From assembly GCA_016748015.1 (NCBI GenBank), contig JAAOMT010000445.1, positions 310,001-374,000 of the forward strand: DNA of 64,000 nucleotides. Reading direction: 5' to 3'. This document shows, piece by piece, positions 63,101 to 64,000 of this stretch (its first letter is position 1; every line of letters begins with the position of its first letter). A program made the position numbers and the translations under genes. The notes below the pieces were generated by a model. The model was not told where the DNA came from. It saw only the letters and a list, made by a program, of their open reading frames with translations, and searched no databases. Origin of the DNA: Geosiphon pyriformis uo1 (Eukaryota > Fungi > Glomeromycota).

Positions 63101-64000
63101 AGAAGAACATACCTGGAGAACCACCATCAATGCTTGGACTGACAACAACCAAAGTGAGTTGCTACCAACAATAAGCTGGGAGGAAAAAAGGAAAGGGAAA
63201 GAAAAAGAAAAAAATGTACCTGGAGAAATCAAACCAACAGAAGACACAACCAAAGGATGGACAAGTTCATACTCCATTTGCCAGCTGCTACCACAGCCAC
63301 CATTTATTCCACTTAAATGCAAAGACTGTGGAAAAAAACTCTTGTCCATAAGAGCATAGATTGCACCAAATGAAGACCACTGGATGTGAACACATTATTA
63401 TTGCAAACCATGCCATCACAAATGCTACGGATATCCAAAGTGCCAAGGCAAGTGGAACAATGAACCATGTCTTGCTTGTGGTAAACAGCTATTCGACAAG
63501 GAGATATGGAATGACATTTCTGATCAAAGAAGAACATGCGACACTTCATACCAGTACACAATTCTTATTAGTAATTGAGTAAGTCGTGGCATGCCTATAA
63601 CAGCAGCTTGGCATAGAGTGATTAACCGATTGGATGACTACTTACATAATGAGAATGAGATCTGGTGAATGGCAAATGCCAAAGTCCAAGGAGCCACACC
63701 CAATAAAATTCTGGAAATTAAAAACAACCCACCTGAACAGATTGACATCATCTTTGTTCCAAATCTAGATGCTTTTCTCAACATAAAAACTAATCCAGAA
63801 GACTTCTATAAGCATTACCAAAACTTGGCACCTACAAGAAAAGAGCAGGAGCAGTAGCTAGCATAGTTAAATACTTGACTATGTGACTACTGTTTGATCC
63901 CATGTGACTTTCAATATTGTAATGAGTGTAACCTCATTTACAATCCACCAATCCGCATGATCTACATAATTCCAGAAAAAGAAAAACCAATCAGCAGCTG
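59290..64000 (+). mobile_element. Degenerate Ty3/Gypsy element B (LTR, gag, CCHC, protease, Cys-rich region); runs off the window
   Basis: Gag WINDVAKAITANNWDD, knuckle CHNCGKQGYLRANC, protease KLILDSRSTGSIIT and QALIGNNWL; many stops. Confidence 0.9.

Overview
Eukaryotic, intron-rich, AT-rich fungal DNA. Gene content (Integrator subunit, minor-spliceosome introns, class II aldolase) and the style of the repeats point to an early-diverging fungus, most likely Glomeromycotina (Geosiphon/arbuscular-mycorrhizal-like); this is inference, not a database hit. Layout: a decayed LINE (1-~3470, minus), a multi-exon PD-(D/E)XK-like pseudogene, then a compact gene island (~11.3-46.5 kb) broken by very AT-rich blocks. 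The island holds a Sin3-PAH/IFI27-like chimeric ORF, GPI10/PIG-B (with an AT-AC U12 intron), FBA1, APS2, MRPL6, INTS2 head-to-head with SmE, an O-fucosyltransferase-like gene, DHFR - VMA10 - thymidylate synthase, YDJ1 head-to-head with ENP2/NOL10, and a DUF1647-like gene. The last 15 kb is a nested stack: a LINE with RNase H, interrupted by a Ty3/Gypsy element, itself interrupted by a second related Gypsy. All TEs are riddled with C->T/G->A-type stops. Best leads: the PAH-IFI27 chimera, the INTS2/SmE divergent pair with U12 introns nearby, the DHFR/TS linkage, and a possible RIP-like mutation process outside Dikarya. Exon boundaries were read by eye and need RNA-seq confirmation.
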